DNA of 64,000 bases from the IMG/VR virus record IMGVR_UViG_3300047157_000063, positions 7,676-71,675 of that record, one strand, 5' to 3'. The stretch comes from a virus. A program made the translations under genes and the position numbers. Positions 50,444-60,792 of the stretch are shown one piece after another. The notes below the pieces were generated by a model. The model searched no databases and had not been told where the DNA came from. It saw only the letters and a program-made list of their open reading frames with translations. Each line of letters starts with the position of its first letter. Positions within the stretch are counted from its first letter, which is position 1.

Positions 50444-52174
50444 ATGACAGTAGAAGATAAAGAGATTAATGGATTCTTGATTGATAATTTCAATCAGCAC
50501 AACCTAGAAGTTGGGAAGACTCAGGGTATTTGCCCTAACTGCTCACACGCTAGGAAACCTAAGAATCAGAAGCTTAAATGTGCTTCTTATGATTGGGAAC
50601 GTGGTCTCGGAACATGTCATAACTGTAACACCTCGTTTCAACTACACACCTACCAAAGAAAAGGTAGTTCTGAGAAAACGTATGTTAAACCTGTTGAAAG
50701 ACTAGAAGATTATAACATAGTTGGAGACCCAGAACAGAAAGTTGTTAAATGGTTTCAGGGTAGAGGAATATCGGCTCAGACTCTTATCGACCTACAAGTC
50801 GGTGAGGGTACTGAGTGGATGCCTCAAACTCAGAAAGAAGAAAATACAATTAAGTTTAATTATTTTATGGGCGGAAAGCTTATTAATATAAAATACCGTG
50901 ATGGTAGAAAAAACTTCAAATTGTATAAGGGTGCTGAAAAGATATTTTATAATATTGACAGCACAGTTGGATATGATTCATGTATAATTGTTGAGGGTGA
51001 GATGGATGTTTTAGCTTTACACGAGGCTGGTATTAAAAATGTAATATCAGTTCCTAACGGTGCGACGTTAAACCATAATAATCTAGATTACTTAGATAAT
51101 TGTATAGACTACTTCGAAGACAAAGAGAAAGTTATCTTAGCGGTTGACAATGATGAGGCAGGTAATGCCTTGAAACAAGAGTTAATACGTAGGCTTGGTG
51201 CTGAAGTGTGTTATCTTGTAGATTTTGCCGACTGTAAAGATTCAAACGAGTATCTAACCAAACACGGTGCTGACGCCTTAAAAAGTGCTATACACGCATG
51301 TAAGCCTGTACCACTAGAAGGTGTTAGTACATTGTATGATATAGAAGATGAACTTAAAGACTTTGTACAAAACGGTTTCAAACCTGGTTATCAGGTTGGC
51401 CTCGAGAATTTCGACAAAATATTCAGTACTTATACTGGACAGTTTATTACTGTTACTGGTATTCCTAGTAGTGGGAAGTCTGATTTTGTTGATCAAATGG
51501 TTGTAGGTTATAATCAGAACTATGGTTGGAAAACAGCTTATGCTAGTCCTGAAAATCAACCCACATACCTACACGCTCACAAGCTAATGAGGAAGGTTTG
51601 GCAAGATATGCCTAGACCTTCTGATATTGGTAGTGACTCATGGAACAGAGTTGCAGATCATGTTAATGATAATTTCTTTTTTATTGATATGGACAGATAT
51701 ACCCTAGACGCTGTGCTTAAAAAAGGTGCTGAGCTGGTCAAAAGAAAAGGTATAAAATGTTTAGTACTTGATCCTTTCAATAAAATTAGAGATATTAATT
51801 GTAAAACAGAAGATGTTAATAGGTATACTATGGAATATCTAACTAAGATCGAAACGTTTGCAAAAAAATATGATGTATTGGTTTTTGTAGTTGCTCACCC
51901 AACTAAAATGTACAAGGACAAAGATGGCAAGATTGAAGAGCCAACAATGTACAGTATTAAGGGTGGTGGAGAATGGTATGATGCTAGTTATCATGGTATA
52001 CTAGTTCACAGAGACTATGAAGCTAAAACCGTTAAAGCTAAAGTACTTAAAGTAAAATTCCAAAACTTAGGTGAGAACCAAGCCGAAGCTCATTTTAAAT
52101 GGGAGCCTAGGTCGGGTTGTTTTATACCTGAGATAACTGATACAGTTGTAGAAGATGCCTTACCCTGGGAGTAA
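50444..52174 (+). CDS. Primase-helicase (T7 gp4/Twinkle-like)
   Basis: Zn finger CPNC...CHNC, TOPRIM IIVEGEMD / DND / KDSNE, Walker A TGIPSSGKS, LVLDP, VVAHP. Confidence 0.93.
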   Translation: MTVEDKEINGFLIDNFNQHNLEVGKTQGICPNCSHARKPKNQKLKCASYDWERGLGTCHNCNTSFQLHTYQRKGSSEKTYVKPVERLEDYNIVGDPEQKVVKWFQGRGISAQTLIDLQVGEGTEWMPQTQKEENTIKFNYFMGGKLINIKYRDGRKNFKLYKGAEKIFYNIDSTVGYDSCIIVEGEMDVLALHEAGIKNVISVPNGATLNHNNLDYLDNCIDYFEDKEKVILAVDNDEAGNALKQELIRRLGAEVCYLVDFADCKDSNEYLTKHGADALKSAIHACKPVPLEGVSTLYDIEDELKDFVQNGFKPGYQVGLENFDKIFSTYTGQFITVTGIPSSGKSDFVDQMVVGYNQNYGWKTAYASPENQPTYLHAHKLMRKVWQDMPRPSDIGSDSWNRVADHVNDNFFFIDMDRYTLDAVLKKGAELVKRKGIKCLVLDPFNKIRDINCKTEDVNRYTMEYLTKIETFAKKYDVLVFVVAHPTKMYKDKDGKIEEPTMYSIKGGGEWYDASYHGILVHRDYEAKTVKAKVLKVKFQNLGENQAEAHFKWEPRSGCFIPEITDTVVEDALPWE

Positions 52175-52427
52175 AAAGAATAAGTATATGGGTGAAAACC
52201 CATTTGCAACTATGCCTGAAAACACAAAGGCTCATATGTGGTGTTTTAAAAATAACATTTTTATTACACCTGTAGAAGCTGGTTACAAGGCTAGAATGTG
52301 GTATTTAGAGATACGACTAGGAAATAAGACATTTAAAAGTCCTGAGAAATATGGACCAACGGATGTTTGGGAAAAAATGTACGAATTTTATAACTATTAT
52401 TATAAAAAATATGAGAAAAAGATTTAA
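52155..52427 (+). CDS. Hypothetical protein
   Basis: 90-aa ORF between the helicase and the thymidylate-synthase homologue. Confidence 0.55.
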   Translation: MPYPGSKKNKYMGENPFATMPENTKAHMWCFKNNIFITPVEAGYKARMWYLEIRLGNKTFKSPEKYGPTDVWEKMYEFYNYYYKKYEKKI

Positions 52428-53053
52428 TAATGCAAACGAAGCTTATGAGGCTGTTCTTGATGAAATAATACAAGAGGGTGTAGATTTTGATAACACAAAA
52501 GCTATATTCAATTGTGGGTTTTATATAGACAACCCAAGCGACAAGCATATAACAAACGCTGAGCGTGATTGGAGCCAAAAATACGCGGCTGCAGAGTGGG
52601 CTTGGTATTTGTCTGGTGATCCTAGTATAAGCAAACTAGGTGAGCTATATGGTAAGATACCGCCTATATGGGAACGTATGGCTAATAGTGATGGAAATGT
52701 TAATAGTAATTATGGTTATCAATGGAAACGTAACAATCAAATAGATTATGTGGTTGGTAAGTTAAGAGATAACCCTAGTACTAGACATGCAGCTATAAGT
52801 ATATATGACTGTAAAGAGTATGAAAAGTATCGTAAAGATACTCCTTGTACATATGCGGTACAATTTACAATAATTAATAACAAACTATGTATGTCTGTTT
52901 ATATGCGTTCTAATGACATCTGGTACGGCTTTCTGTAACGATCAATATCAATTTGCATCATTACAGGAAATGATTGCAGATAGACTGTCTATTGAGACCG
53001 GATGGTATTACCATCATGCACACAACATGCATTTATATAACGATAAATTATGA
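52411..53053 (+). CDS. Thymidylate-synthase-family enzyme, probable dCMP hydroxymethylase/methylase (one frameshift near 52931)
   Basis: EWAWYLSG, NYGYQW, catalytic TPCT; the corrected frame reads MRSNDIWYGFCNDQYQF...YYHHAHNMHLY. Confidence 0.8.
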
Positions 53054-53832
53054 CGTATTATATTTATCATATTCCAGGTAAAAAGATCGGTGTTACCTGT
53101 GATCTTAATAACCGGGTCACAGTTCAACAAGGATATGATTCAACGGAGTATGATGTATCTAGAAAGCTCTGAGGATATAGATTATATATCTTCTAAAGAG
53201 ATAGAATTACAAAGAGAATATGGTTACAAAGTAGACATGGTACCATATAAAAACCTTAAACCAAAAAAGAATATGAATATAAATGTGACTGAACAAACCA
53301 CAACATTCCCTGTACCAGTTAATAAACTGAAAGGAAGATTGATGGATAATATAGGTATGAGCTGGAATACCGAGCATGGAGAGCTAAATATAACACCAGC
53401 AACGGTTGATTGGATAATGAAAATGTTAAAACTTCTATGTTTAACAACGAGAGATGTTATATTTACAATAAAGCATTTGTTAGGTTTTACGATAACAATG
53501 ATGTTTTTGCTAAACCCACTAAAAAACACAAAACCCTTAAAAATGTTTGACAACATTAGAGACTGGGCTCAGACAAAGAGGTTTATATGATAAGGGTAAT
53601 CCACACACACAATATGTTAAACTACAAGAAGAAGCTGGCGAGCTAGCAAAAGCATTACTTAAAAATGATCAACCAGAAGTAATAGATGCTATTGGTGATA
53701 TGGTTGTTGTATTAACTAACTCTAGCACATTTAGAGGAGTTAATATAGAAACTTGTATTGATGAGCTTACAAGTAATAGCGGCTAGAACAGGTAAAATGG
53801 TTAACGGAACATTTGTAAAAGATGCAGATTAA
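53050..53832 (+). CDS. Protein with GIY-YIG-like N-terminus and MazG-like pyrophosphatase C-terminus (frameshifted)
   Basis: MTYYIYHIPGKKIGVT...; C-terminus IRDWA..RGLYDKG...KLQEEAGELAKA...DAIGDMVVVL...RTGKMVNGTFVK. Confidence 0.7.
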
Positions 53833-54105
53833 AACTAAAGACAAGATAGTACAAAACGTACTAAGGAAGATGGATGAACGATCAGTAGCTTACGTGGGTC
53901 AAAAGAAATATGGAGCCAACTATGATGCACGATTGAAGGTCAAAAGAAAGATCTAAATAGGTTTATTGTTGATGTACAAGAAGAGTTAATGGATGCAATA
54001 TTGTATATATTGAAGCAGCTAAACATTGTTTGAGAGATGATAGAAGAAGCTATGTTGAACCGTATAAAGCATTATAAAAACGGTAACGATGGACAGCATT
54101 ATAAT
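53822..54105 (+). CDS. MazG-fold/helical nucleotide-pyrophosphatase-like protein (frameshifted, end approximate)
   Basis: MQIKTKDKIVQNVLRKMDERS...GQKKYG...DVQEELMDAILY. Confidence 0.5.
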
Positions 54106-54559
54106 ATGAGGAAGAAGAAATCTTATAAAAGAAGTAAAAAACGAGGTCCTGTCGTTAGTAAAAAAGTTACAATCGACGGGATTAAGTTCGCTAGTCAGGT
54201 CTAGAAGCTTATATGTATAAAGCTTTAAAAAAGCTAAAATACCAGTCGCATATGAAGGTAGTACGTACACAATATTTCAAGGTTTTGATTTAAATGTTAC
54301 TTGTTATGAAAGATGTGGTAATGGTAAGGGTGATTATAAAGATAGAGGTAATAAAAAGATTTTACCAATAAAGTACACACCAGATTTTATCGGTAAAGGT
54401 TTTATAATTGAAACTAAAGGTAGAGCTAATGAGGCTTTTCCTATGAGATGGAAGTTATTTAAGCATTACGCAGAACACAATTTAAACTCAACATTGTATA
54501 AGCCTCAAAACCAAAAAGAATGTGATGAAACAGTTAGATTAATATTAGAAAATGGCTAA
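54106..54559 (+). CDS. T7 endonuclease I-like Holliday-junction resolvase (frameshifted)
   Basis: DGIKFASGLE...IKYTPDF...FIIETKG...FPMRWKLFK. Confidence 0.75.
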
Positions 54560-54839
54560 ATTAATATTAACAACACACGCCCGGAAAATTAGAAACTAGG
54601 AAAAAGACCAGGCGTACATAGTAAAAATAAAAACACAAAACAAGTTAAAGGTAAGTATTACTCAGGTAAACCTTATCGAGGACAAGGAAGATAATATGAC
54701 AAGATGGGAATTAAGTTTCGGTTTATTTAACGGAATATTGTTTGGGTACAGAAGCTATCCAGACGACGACAAATCAAGAGTAGATCATGTATTTATATGT
54801 TCTTTTTCGATATTTGTTTAACACTTTATTACGATTAAT

Positions 54840-55808
54840 ATGGGATTGTTTGACGAGAGAATACCGTATAAACCTTTTGAATATCCTGACTATTATACAG
54901 AAGGTTGGTTAAAACAAGCTCAGGCATTTTGGTTACACACTGAAATACCTATGTCAGGAGATGTTAAAGACTGGAATGAGAAATTAACAAAGAAAGAGAA
55001 AAACCTAGTAGGAAATATCCTACTAGGCTTTGCTCAGACTGAATGTGCAGTAAGTGATTACTGGACACAGAAAGTAGTTTCGTGGTTTCCAAAACACGAA
55101 ATACAACAAATGGCTATGATGTTTGGCTCACAGGAAACTGTACACGCTGTAGCATATAGTTATTTAAATGAAACTTAAAATTAGAAGATTATGAAGCGTT
55201 TTTACATGAACCAGCTACGGCTGAGCGTTTTGATAACCTCGTTGCATATGATGGCAATGATACCACTGGTATTGCAAAGTCATTGGCTGTTTTTTCTGCT
55301 TTCGCAGAAGGAGTTTCTTTATACTCTGCTTTTGCAGTACTTTATAGCTTTCAGCTACGTAATTTACTTAAGGGTATTGGGCAACAAATGAAATGGTCTG
55401 TAAGAGATGAATCATTACATAGTAGAATGGGTTGTCAATTATTCAGACATATGTGTGAAGAAGATAAAAAACTATTAGAAAATGCAGAGAAGATATTGTA
55501 AGATGCTGCTAAAATAATGGTTGAGCTTGAAGAGAAGTATATAGATAAAATGTTTGAGATGGGTGACATTGAAGGTATGAAATCTTATGACTTAAAACAA
55601 TTTATAAGAAAAGAGAGCTAATGAAAAACTTGTTGAACTTGGTTACTTCGATCTTGGGATCGTATTTGCTTATGACGAAAAAGCAGCGGATAATTTGGAT
55701 TGGTTCTATCATCTTACTGGCGGTCATACCCATACTGATTTTTTCGCTATTAGGTCTACTGATTATTCTAAAGCAAATGAAGGTGAAGACTTTGAAGACG
55801 TTTGGTAA
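54840..55808 (+). CDS. nrdB: Ribonucleotide reductase class I beta subunit (frameshifted)
   Basis: YKPFEYP, AFWLHTEIPM, QETVHAVAYS, FAEGVSLYSAF, VRDESLH, HTDFF. Confidence 0.92.
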
Positions 55809-56062
55809 TGGGAAAGATAAACTTATTAAAATTTTTGTAGAAAGAAGACGACAGCTAAGGCAAGTAGAAAGAATGGCTACAAGTATTGGTTACATGGGTG
55901 CGGGCTTTTTGGTAGCCGCACAATGGACACTAGAACCAGTGCTATACATACTTGGCTTTGTTTGCGTTATGATTCAAGTTAGGAACAAGAAAACAATGGA
56001 ATTTAGTAGCTTTAAACCTTAATGGTTTAATTGCTTGGATAAAACACTTAATAACAATATAA
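55808..56062 (+). CDS. Small multi-pass membrane protein between nrdB and nrdA (frameshifted)
   Basis: MGKDKLIK...IGYMGAGFLVAAQWTLEPVLYILGFVCVMIQV...WNLVALNLNGLIAW. Confidence 0.55.
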
Positions 56063-57783
56063 ATGTGGAGTAACAGATGGAAAAAAGGAGTTGACTACCC
56101 TAGTTGGGCAGACTCTGATGTCTATAAAAAGACAATACAAGGTGGTTATTTATTACCTAATGAAACACCTAAGGAAGCTTATCAACGTGTGTAAAACTGT
56201 TGCGCGTAGATTAGACCGTCCTGAGATGGCGGATAAATTTTTTGAATACATATGGAATGGTTGGTTGTGTTTAGCCTCTCCAGTACTGTCTAACACCGGT
56301 ACAGACAGAGGTTTACCAATAGTTGTTTTGGTATTGATGTTGCTGATAGTATATTTGATATAGGTACAAAAAAATTTAGAGATGATGTTGCTAGCTAAAC
56401 ACGGTGGTGGTGTTGGTATTGGTATAAACCAAATAAGACCTGCTGGCGCTAAAATAACAGGTAACGGTACATCAGATGGTGTTGTACCATTTTGTAAAAT
56501 ATATGACTCAACTATATTAGCTACAAATCAAGGCTCTGTAAGAAGAGGAGCTGCATCAGTAAATTTAAATATTGAACATGCTGATTTTGAAGACTGGTTA
56601 GAGATTAGAGAACCTAAGGGAGATGTCAATAGACAATCACTTAATCTACATCAATGTGCAATTATTGGTGATAAGTTTATGCGAAAGCTTGACAGCTGGA
56701 GATAAAGTAGCTAGAAGAAAATGGGGTAAATTATTACAGAAAGCGTAAAGCAACTGGTGAGCCTTATATAATGTTTAAAGGTAATGTTAATAAGAATAAT
56801 CCTCCAGCTTATAAAGATAATGCGCTTAAAGTTTTTATGACTAATATATGTAGTGAGATAGCATTACACACGGATGAGAATCATAGTTTTGTGTGTTGTC
56901 TTATCTAGTTTGAATCTAGCTAAGTATAATGAATGGAAAAACACTAATCTTATATATGATAGTATATGGTTTTTAGATGGTGTTATGGAAGAGTTTATAC
57001 AAAGAGCTAAAGGTTTAAAAGGTTTTGAAAATGCTGTTAGATCTGCTGAAAAAGGTAGAGCTATTGGTTTAGGTGTTTTAGGTTGGCATACGTACCTACA
57101 ACAAAAAGGAATTCCTTTTGAGGGATTATTAGCACAATATGAAACAAGAAGAATATTTTCACAAATTAAAATTGAAAGCGAAAGAGCTAGTATGGCTCTT
57201 GCAGAGAGTTTGGTGAACCGCTGTGGTGTGTTGGCACTGGTTTGCGTAATACTCACTTACGAGCTATTGCTCCTACTGTTAGTAATCAAAACTTAGTGGT
57301 AATATTATCACCTGGAATCGAACCTTGGGCAGCTAACGTTTTTACAGACCAATCTGCTAAAGGTACGTTTATACGTAAAAATCCTACATTAGAAAAAGTA
57401 TTAGAAAATAACAATTTAAACAATAAAAAAATATGGGATCAAATACTCAAAGACGGGGGATCAATCCAAGGTATCAAAGCATTAGACAAAATTACATTGG
57501 GAGATCACGACATACCAATCAAAGAGGTTTTCAAAACCTTCAAGGAAATAAACCAACTAGATTTGGTTAATCAAGCTGGTATAGACAGCAGTATATAGAT
57601 CAAGCTGTAAGTTTAAATCTAGCTTTTCCATCTCAAGCTGAACCTAAGTTTATAAATAAAGTTCATTTAGATGCTTGGAAAAAAGGTGTGAAAACTTTGT
57701 ATTATATGCGTACCGAGTCGGTACTTAGAGGAGATATTGCAGCGAGTGCAACAGATGAAGGTTGTATGAGTTGTGATGGATAA
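56063..57783 (+). CDS. nrdA: Ribonucleotide reductase class I alpha subunit, compact and without ATP cone (frameshifted)
   Basis: LASPVLSN, KHGGGVG, QGSVRRGA, catalytic TNICSEI, RAIGLGVLG, AIAPT, KTLYYMR and C-terminal CMSCDG. Confidence 0.92.
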
Positions 57784-57787
57784 TAAT

Positions 57788-57816
57788 TAAAGGGGCTTAA
57801 AAGCTCCCTTTTTTTT
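57788..57816 (+). terminator. Terminator between convergent arms
   Basis: AAGGGGCTT-AA-AAGCTCCCTT followed by a T-run, just after the nrdA stop; possibly bidirectional. Confidence 0.7.
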
Positions 57817-58000
57817 AACAATTCCAGTTTCTTCTAGCGATGTCATTAGGACAATCACCGTTTTTGTCTGGATCTTTACATTTCTTAATACCAGCAGATC
57901 GAGCACAGTAACTTTTCTGACGTGGTCCACCCTCTGGTTGAGGAGCTTGAACATTACCACCTGTTTCTTTATTATAAGCATTTCTCTCAGCTCGTCATAC
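57815..58000 (-). CDS. DUF6321-like small Cys-containing domain (frameshifted 5' end)
   Basis: Alternative frame reads AYNKETGGNVQAPQPEGGPRQKSYCARSAGIKKC...IARRNWNC. Confidence 0.55.
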
Positions 58001-58023
58001 CTCCTACATGAGGTTTAACTCTT

Positions 58024-58419
58024 TTAGCTGGAGACATAGCTAATGTGTACCCAATCAGGGTTTTTATCTGTACCAAATTCCCATATCATCTGATCGTAAT
58101 TTAAATTTGCTCTTATCCAATTAAACATCTCAGAGTTACTAGCATGTCCATATGAATCATCTATATCCATAGCTTGACCGTGACAATGTTGTGATTTAGC
58201 TGATCCACCAATAGCTTTATTAAGTTCTGGTCCACGATAAAACGAATTGATCTTTATAGGACCATTTACATGAGCTCTAAGGGGTTCAAATACATTTTCT
58301 GCAATATTTATCATGTTAGATAAATGATCGTCTGTGGGATTGTTTTCTAAACCAAGGCGTTTCGCTGTTATGCTATACACACCTTCCTTGCGGCTTACGT
58401 GTTTACTTAGTTTTTCCAT
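58024..58419 (-). CDS. Endolysin, peptidase M15 family
   Basis: INSFYRGPELNKAIGG...SQHCHGQAMD...WVHISY zinc-peptidase motifs. Confidence 0.88.
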   Translation of the reverse strand: MEKLSKHVSRKEGVYSITAKRLGLENNPTDDHLSNMINIAENVFEPLRAHVNGPIKINSFYRGPELNKAIGGSAKSQHCHGQAMDIDDSYGHASNSEMFNWIRANLNYDQMIWEFGTDKNPDWVHISYVSS

Positions 58420-58774
58420 TACTTTTAAACTCAAACTTAGCACCAGTTATAGATAGTTTTTCTATAATTTCTTGTTGAAGATCTCTTAATAAAGCTTCTA
58501 GTTTATCTTTTTCAACAACCATGCCAGATACTTTATCTTCTAATGCATCATTTTTAGCTTTTAGCGCTTCTACCTCCTCTGGGTTTTTACCTATAAAAGT
58601 GTAAATAACAACTGATAAGCTACCAACTAACATACCGACGATTACCTTAAATATATCGTTGTTTGTATCTGGTATTTCAAAAAATGCTAAAAACAGTAAC
58701 AAACCCATTACAAGTAAAAATACCGTTGCAGCTCCTATATATCCTCTTAATTCTTTATCTTTAAACATATTCAT
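58403..58774 (-). CDS. Two-TM membrane protein with coiled coil (holin/lysis-accessory candidate)
   Basis: Two hydrophobic helices then a heptad-rich tail; overlaps the endolysin start. Confidence 0.55.
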   Translation of the reverse strand: MNMFKDKELRGYIGAATVFLLVMGLLLFLAFFEIPDTNNDIFKVIVGMLVGSLSVVIYTFIGKNPEEVEALKAKNDALEDKVSGMVVEKDKLEALLRDLQQEIIEKLSITGAKFEFKSNGKTK

Positions 58775-58876
58775 TATTTATAATTTTTAAACATTAGTTT
58801 GTATAAAAGTTTATTCCAACCTTCTTGAATTTTATCTACTAATTTTTTTATTTTTTCTTTCATTTCTTTTTGTTAA

Positions 58877-59278
58877 TTAATAAGCACTTGCTCTTTTTAT
58901 ATCTTCAATAGCCTCGTTTATCTCCTCGAGATCCGTTGGCAATAAAAGATCTAAACCAGCTTTAAAAACAACCTCTTTATATCCTTCTTTAAATATTATA
59001 ATAGTAGGTGCCATTCTTATTCTATATTTCTTTTTTGCTTCAGGTGCTTCGGCTACGTTTACTCTATAGTAAGGTACTTTTAACTGATTCCACTCAGCAA
59101 AACAATTCTCTCTATTAAACTCAGCCCAAAATTCAACAACAACTATGTCTGTTTCCTCGAACCCGTCTCCTTTTACCTTTTGTTCAAAATCTACATCATC
59201 TATCCAGTATTCTTCTGGTACGTCAGATTGAGCAAATGTAAAAAATGGTATTAAAATTAAAATTAAAATGTGTTTCAT
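58877..59278 (-). CDS. Exported thioredoxin-fold protein lacking CxxC
   Basis: Signal peptide MKHILILILIPFFTFA-Q; VVVEFWAEFN, YRVNV...KKYRIRMAPTIIIFKEG. Confidence 0.7.
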   Translation of the reverse strand: MKHILILILIPFFTFAQSDVPEEYWIDDVDFEQKVKGDGFEETDIVVVEFWAEFNRENCFAEWNQLKVPYYRVNVAEAPEAKKKYRIRMAPTIIIFKEGYKEVVFKAGLDLLLPTDLEEINEAIEDIKRASAY

Positions 59279-59562
59279 TATTTGTTTTTTTGTATTTCGT
59301 AAATTCTTTCATCTAGTTTATCTAGCTTTTCAAGTATCATCTCTACGTCCTCTTGAGTTTCCATTATTGTATTACGGATTAACTCATCTTTTAACTCCCA
59401 CTCTGTTTTAGATATAGTGGGCTTAGGTTCCTCCATAGCTTTAGCTATATCCGCCTGCATTACAAAATACATGCTAGCTAGTGATATTGTGAAACCTATT
59501 ATAATTCCAATAGTTTTTAAATCCATTGTAACTTTAGTATTTTCGCCTAATTGTTGTGCCAT
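59278..59562 (-). CDS. Single-pass membrane protein with C-terminal coiled coil
   Basis: TIGIIIGFTISLASMYFVM helix; ILEKLDKLDERIYEI. Confidence 0.6.
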   Translation of the reverse strand: MAQQLGENTKVTMDLKTIGIIIGFTISLASMYFVMQADIAKAMEEPKPTISKTEWELKDELIRNTIMETQEDVEMILEKLDKLDERIYEIQKNK

Positions 59563-59576
59563 TTTTTTATGTTGTT

Positions 59577-60761
59577 TTATTTAAAGGTATAATTAATTCC
59601 AAAAGATGTATTAAAAAGTTCACTATCCCACATTTTAGAATATTCACCCTCAACAAATACACCTAAGTGTTTTCCTACTTTCCAGCCAAAGTTAACACCA
59701 GCGGAGTAATCGTCCCATTGTTCTAGTTTAGCATCTTGTACCAATCCTCCTTTTCCCCAGTTGTTTCTATTTAAATAAGAAACATCTTCATCTCCTTTGA
59801 TATATCTGTGATGTGGCAGTATGTAGTTAGCGTAAGCGTGTAACCAAAAGTTATTCTTATAATGATAAAAGTCAAAACCAACAATTGGCGCAATTTCACC
59901 AAAAGGCTCTAATAAATCCCAAGCTTCTTGATTATAGCGATTCATAAGATCAGTAAATACTGTCTCTCTAAACTCAAGATCAGTGTCAGCAACCCTATTA
60001 CCATCTGGATCGATCCAATACCAGTCAGACGTTTCATTACCAAGCTCATCTGTTTCGCTATAATATATATCGTCATAACCATATAAAAAACCTAATTCAT
60101 ACCAATAGTTAATTGGGTACTCCTCACCGTCTATAAATTGTGTTTCATTCAACCATATTTCTATAGGGTTGTACCCATAAGCTCTATCATGTGTACGATA
60201 TATAGCCCCAGCAGATATACTAAACTTTTTACCAATAGGTAATCTAGCTCTAACCTCAGCCGATTGGTACTTTAAATTAATTTTACCAACCTCTCTAGAC
60301 TCAACTTTTGCAATATGATACTTACCTGTATGTTTTAAAAAGTATCTATGATTTTCAAATAGTTCTCCTCTCCATCTTTCTTTTTCATAATGTAGTTGAT
60401 ATTCTAAACCTTTAAATGCAGATGTAGGGGCTGAAAAAGCTAACTGGTTTTCTGTACCATCATAGTAATTTCTAGGTTTTCTTTCATAATCAAACCTAGC
60501 TAGTTTTCTAATACCAAACCCATATCTATAATCGTATGGATATTTAGGCGTGTTATCAACGACTGTTGGTATAGAGTATAAACCACCGTCTGGATTTGTT
60601 CTCACAAAATAAGTTGGTTGTCTTTCTTCAACAGAATTGCTAATGTCTCCAGCTCCATAAACCGTACCGTATTTTAAAAAATCATTGTACAGTTCTTTGA
60701 ATAATTGAGCATTAGCTGAATTTGTTATTAAAAACGCTAGTAGTATTATTAACTTTTTCAT
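59577..60761 (-). CDS. Putative outer-membrane beta-barrel protein
   Basis: Signal peptide MKKLIILLAFLITNSANA-Q from ATG 60761; aromatic-rich alternating strands; C-terminus GVFVEGEYSKMWD...FGINYTFK. Confidence 0.65.
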   Translation of the reverse strand: MKKLIILLAFLITNSANAQLFKELYNDFLKYGTVYGAGDISNSVEERQPTYFVRTNPDGGLYSIPTVVDNTPKYPYDYRYGFGIRKLARFDYERKPRNYYDGTENQLAFSAPTSAFKGLEYQLHYEKERWRGELFENHRYFLKHTGKYHIAKVESREVGKINLKYQSAEVRARLPIGKKFSISAGAIYRTHDRAYGYNPIEIWLNETQFIDGEEYPINYWYELGFLYGYDDIYYSETDELGNETSDWYWIDPDGNRVADTDLEFRETVFTDLMNRYNQEAWDLLEPFGEIAPIVGFDFYHYKNNFWLHAYANYILPHHRYIKGDEDVSYLNRNNWGKGGLVQDAKLEQWDDYSAGVNFGWKVGKHLGVFVEGEYSKMWDSELFNTSFGINYTFK

Positions 60762-60792
60762 ATAGTGTGTTTCTTTTATTATTACTTGTTTT

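Noticed and set aside
57787-57981. ORF-track protein MLIIKKQVVMFK...
   Set aside because: Wrong frame; the overlapping frame encodes the recognisable APQPEGGPRQKSYCARS domain, and this ORF runs through the terminator.
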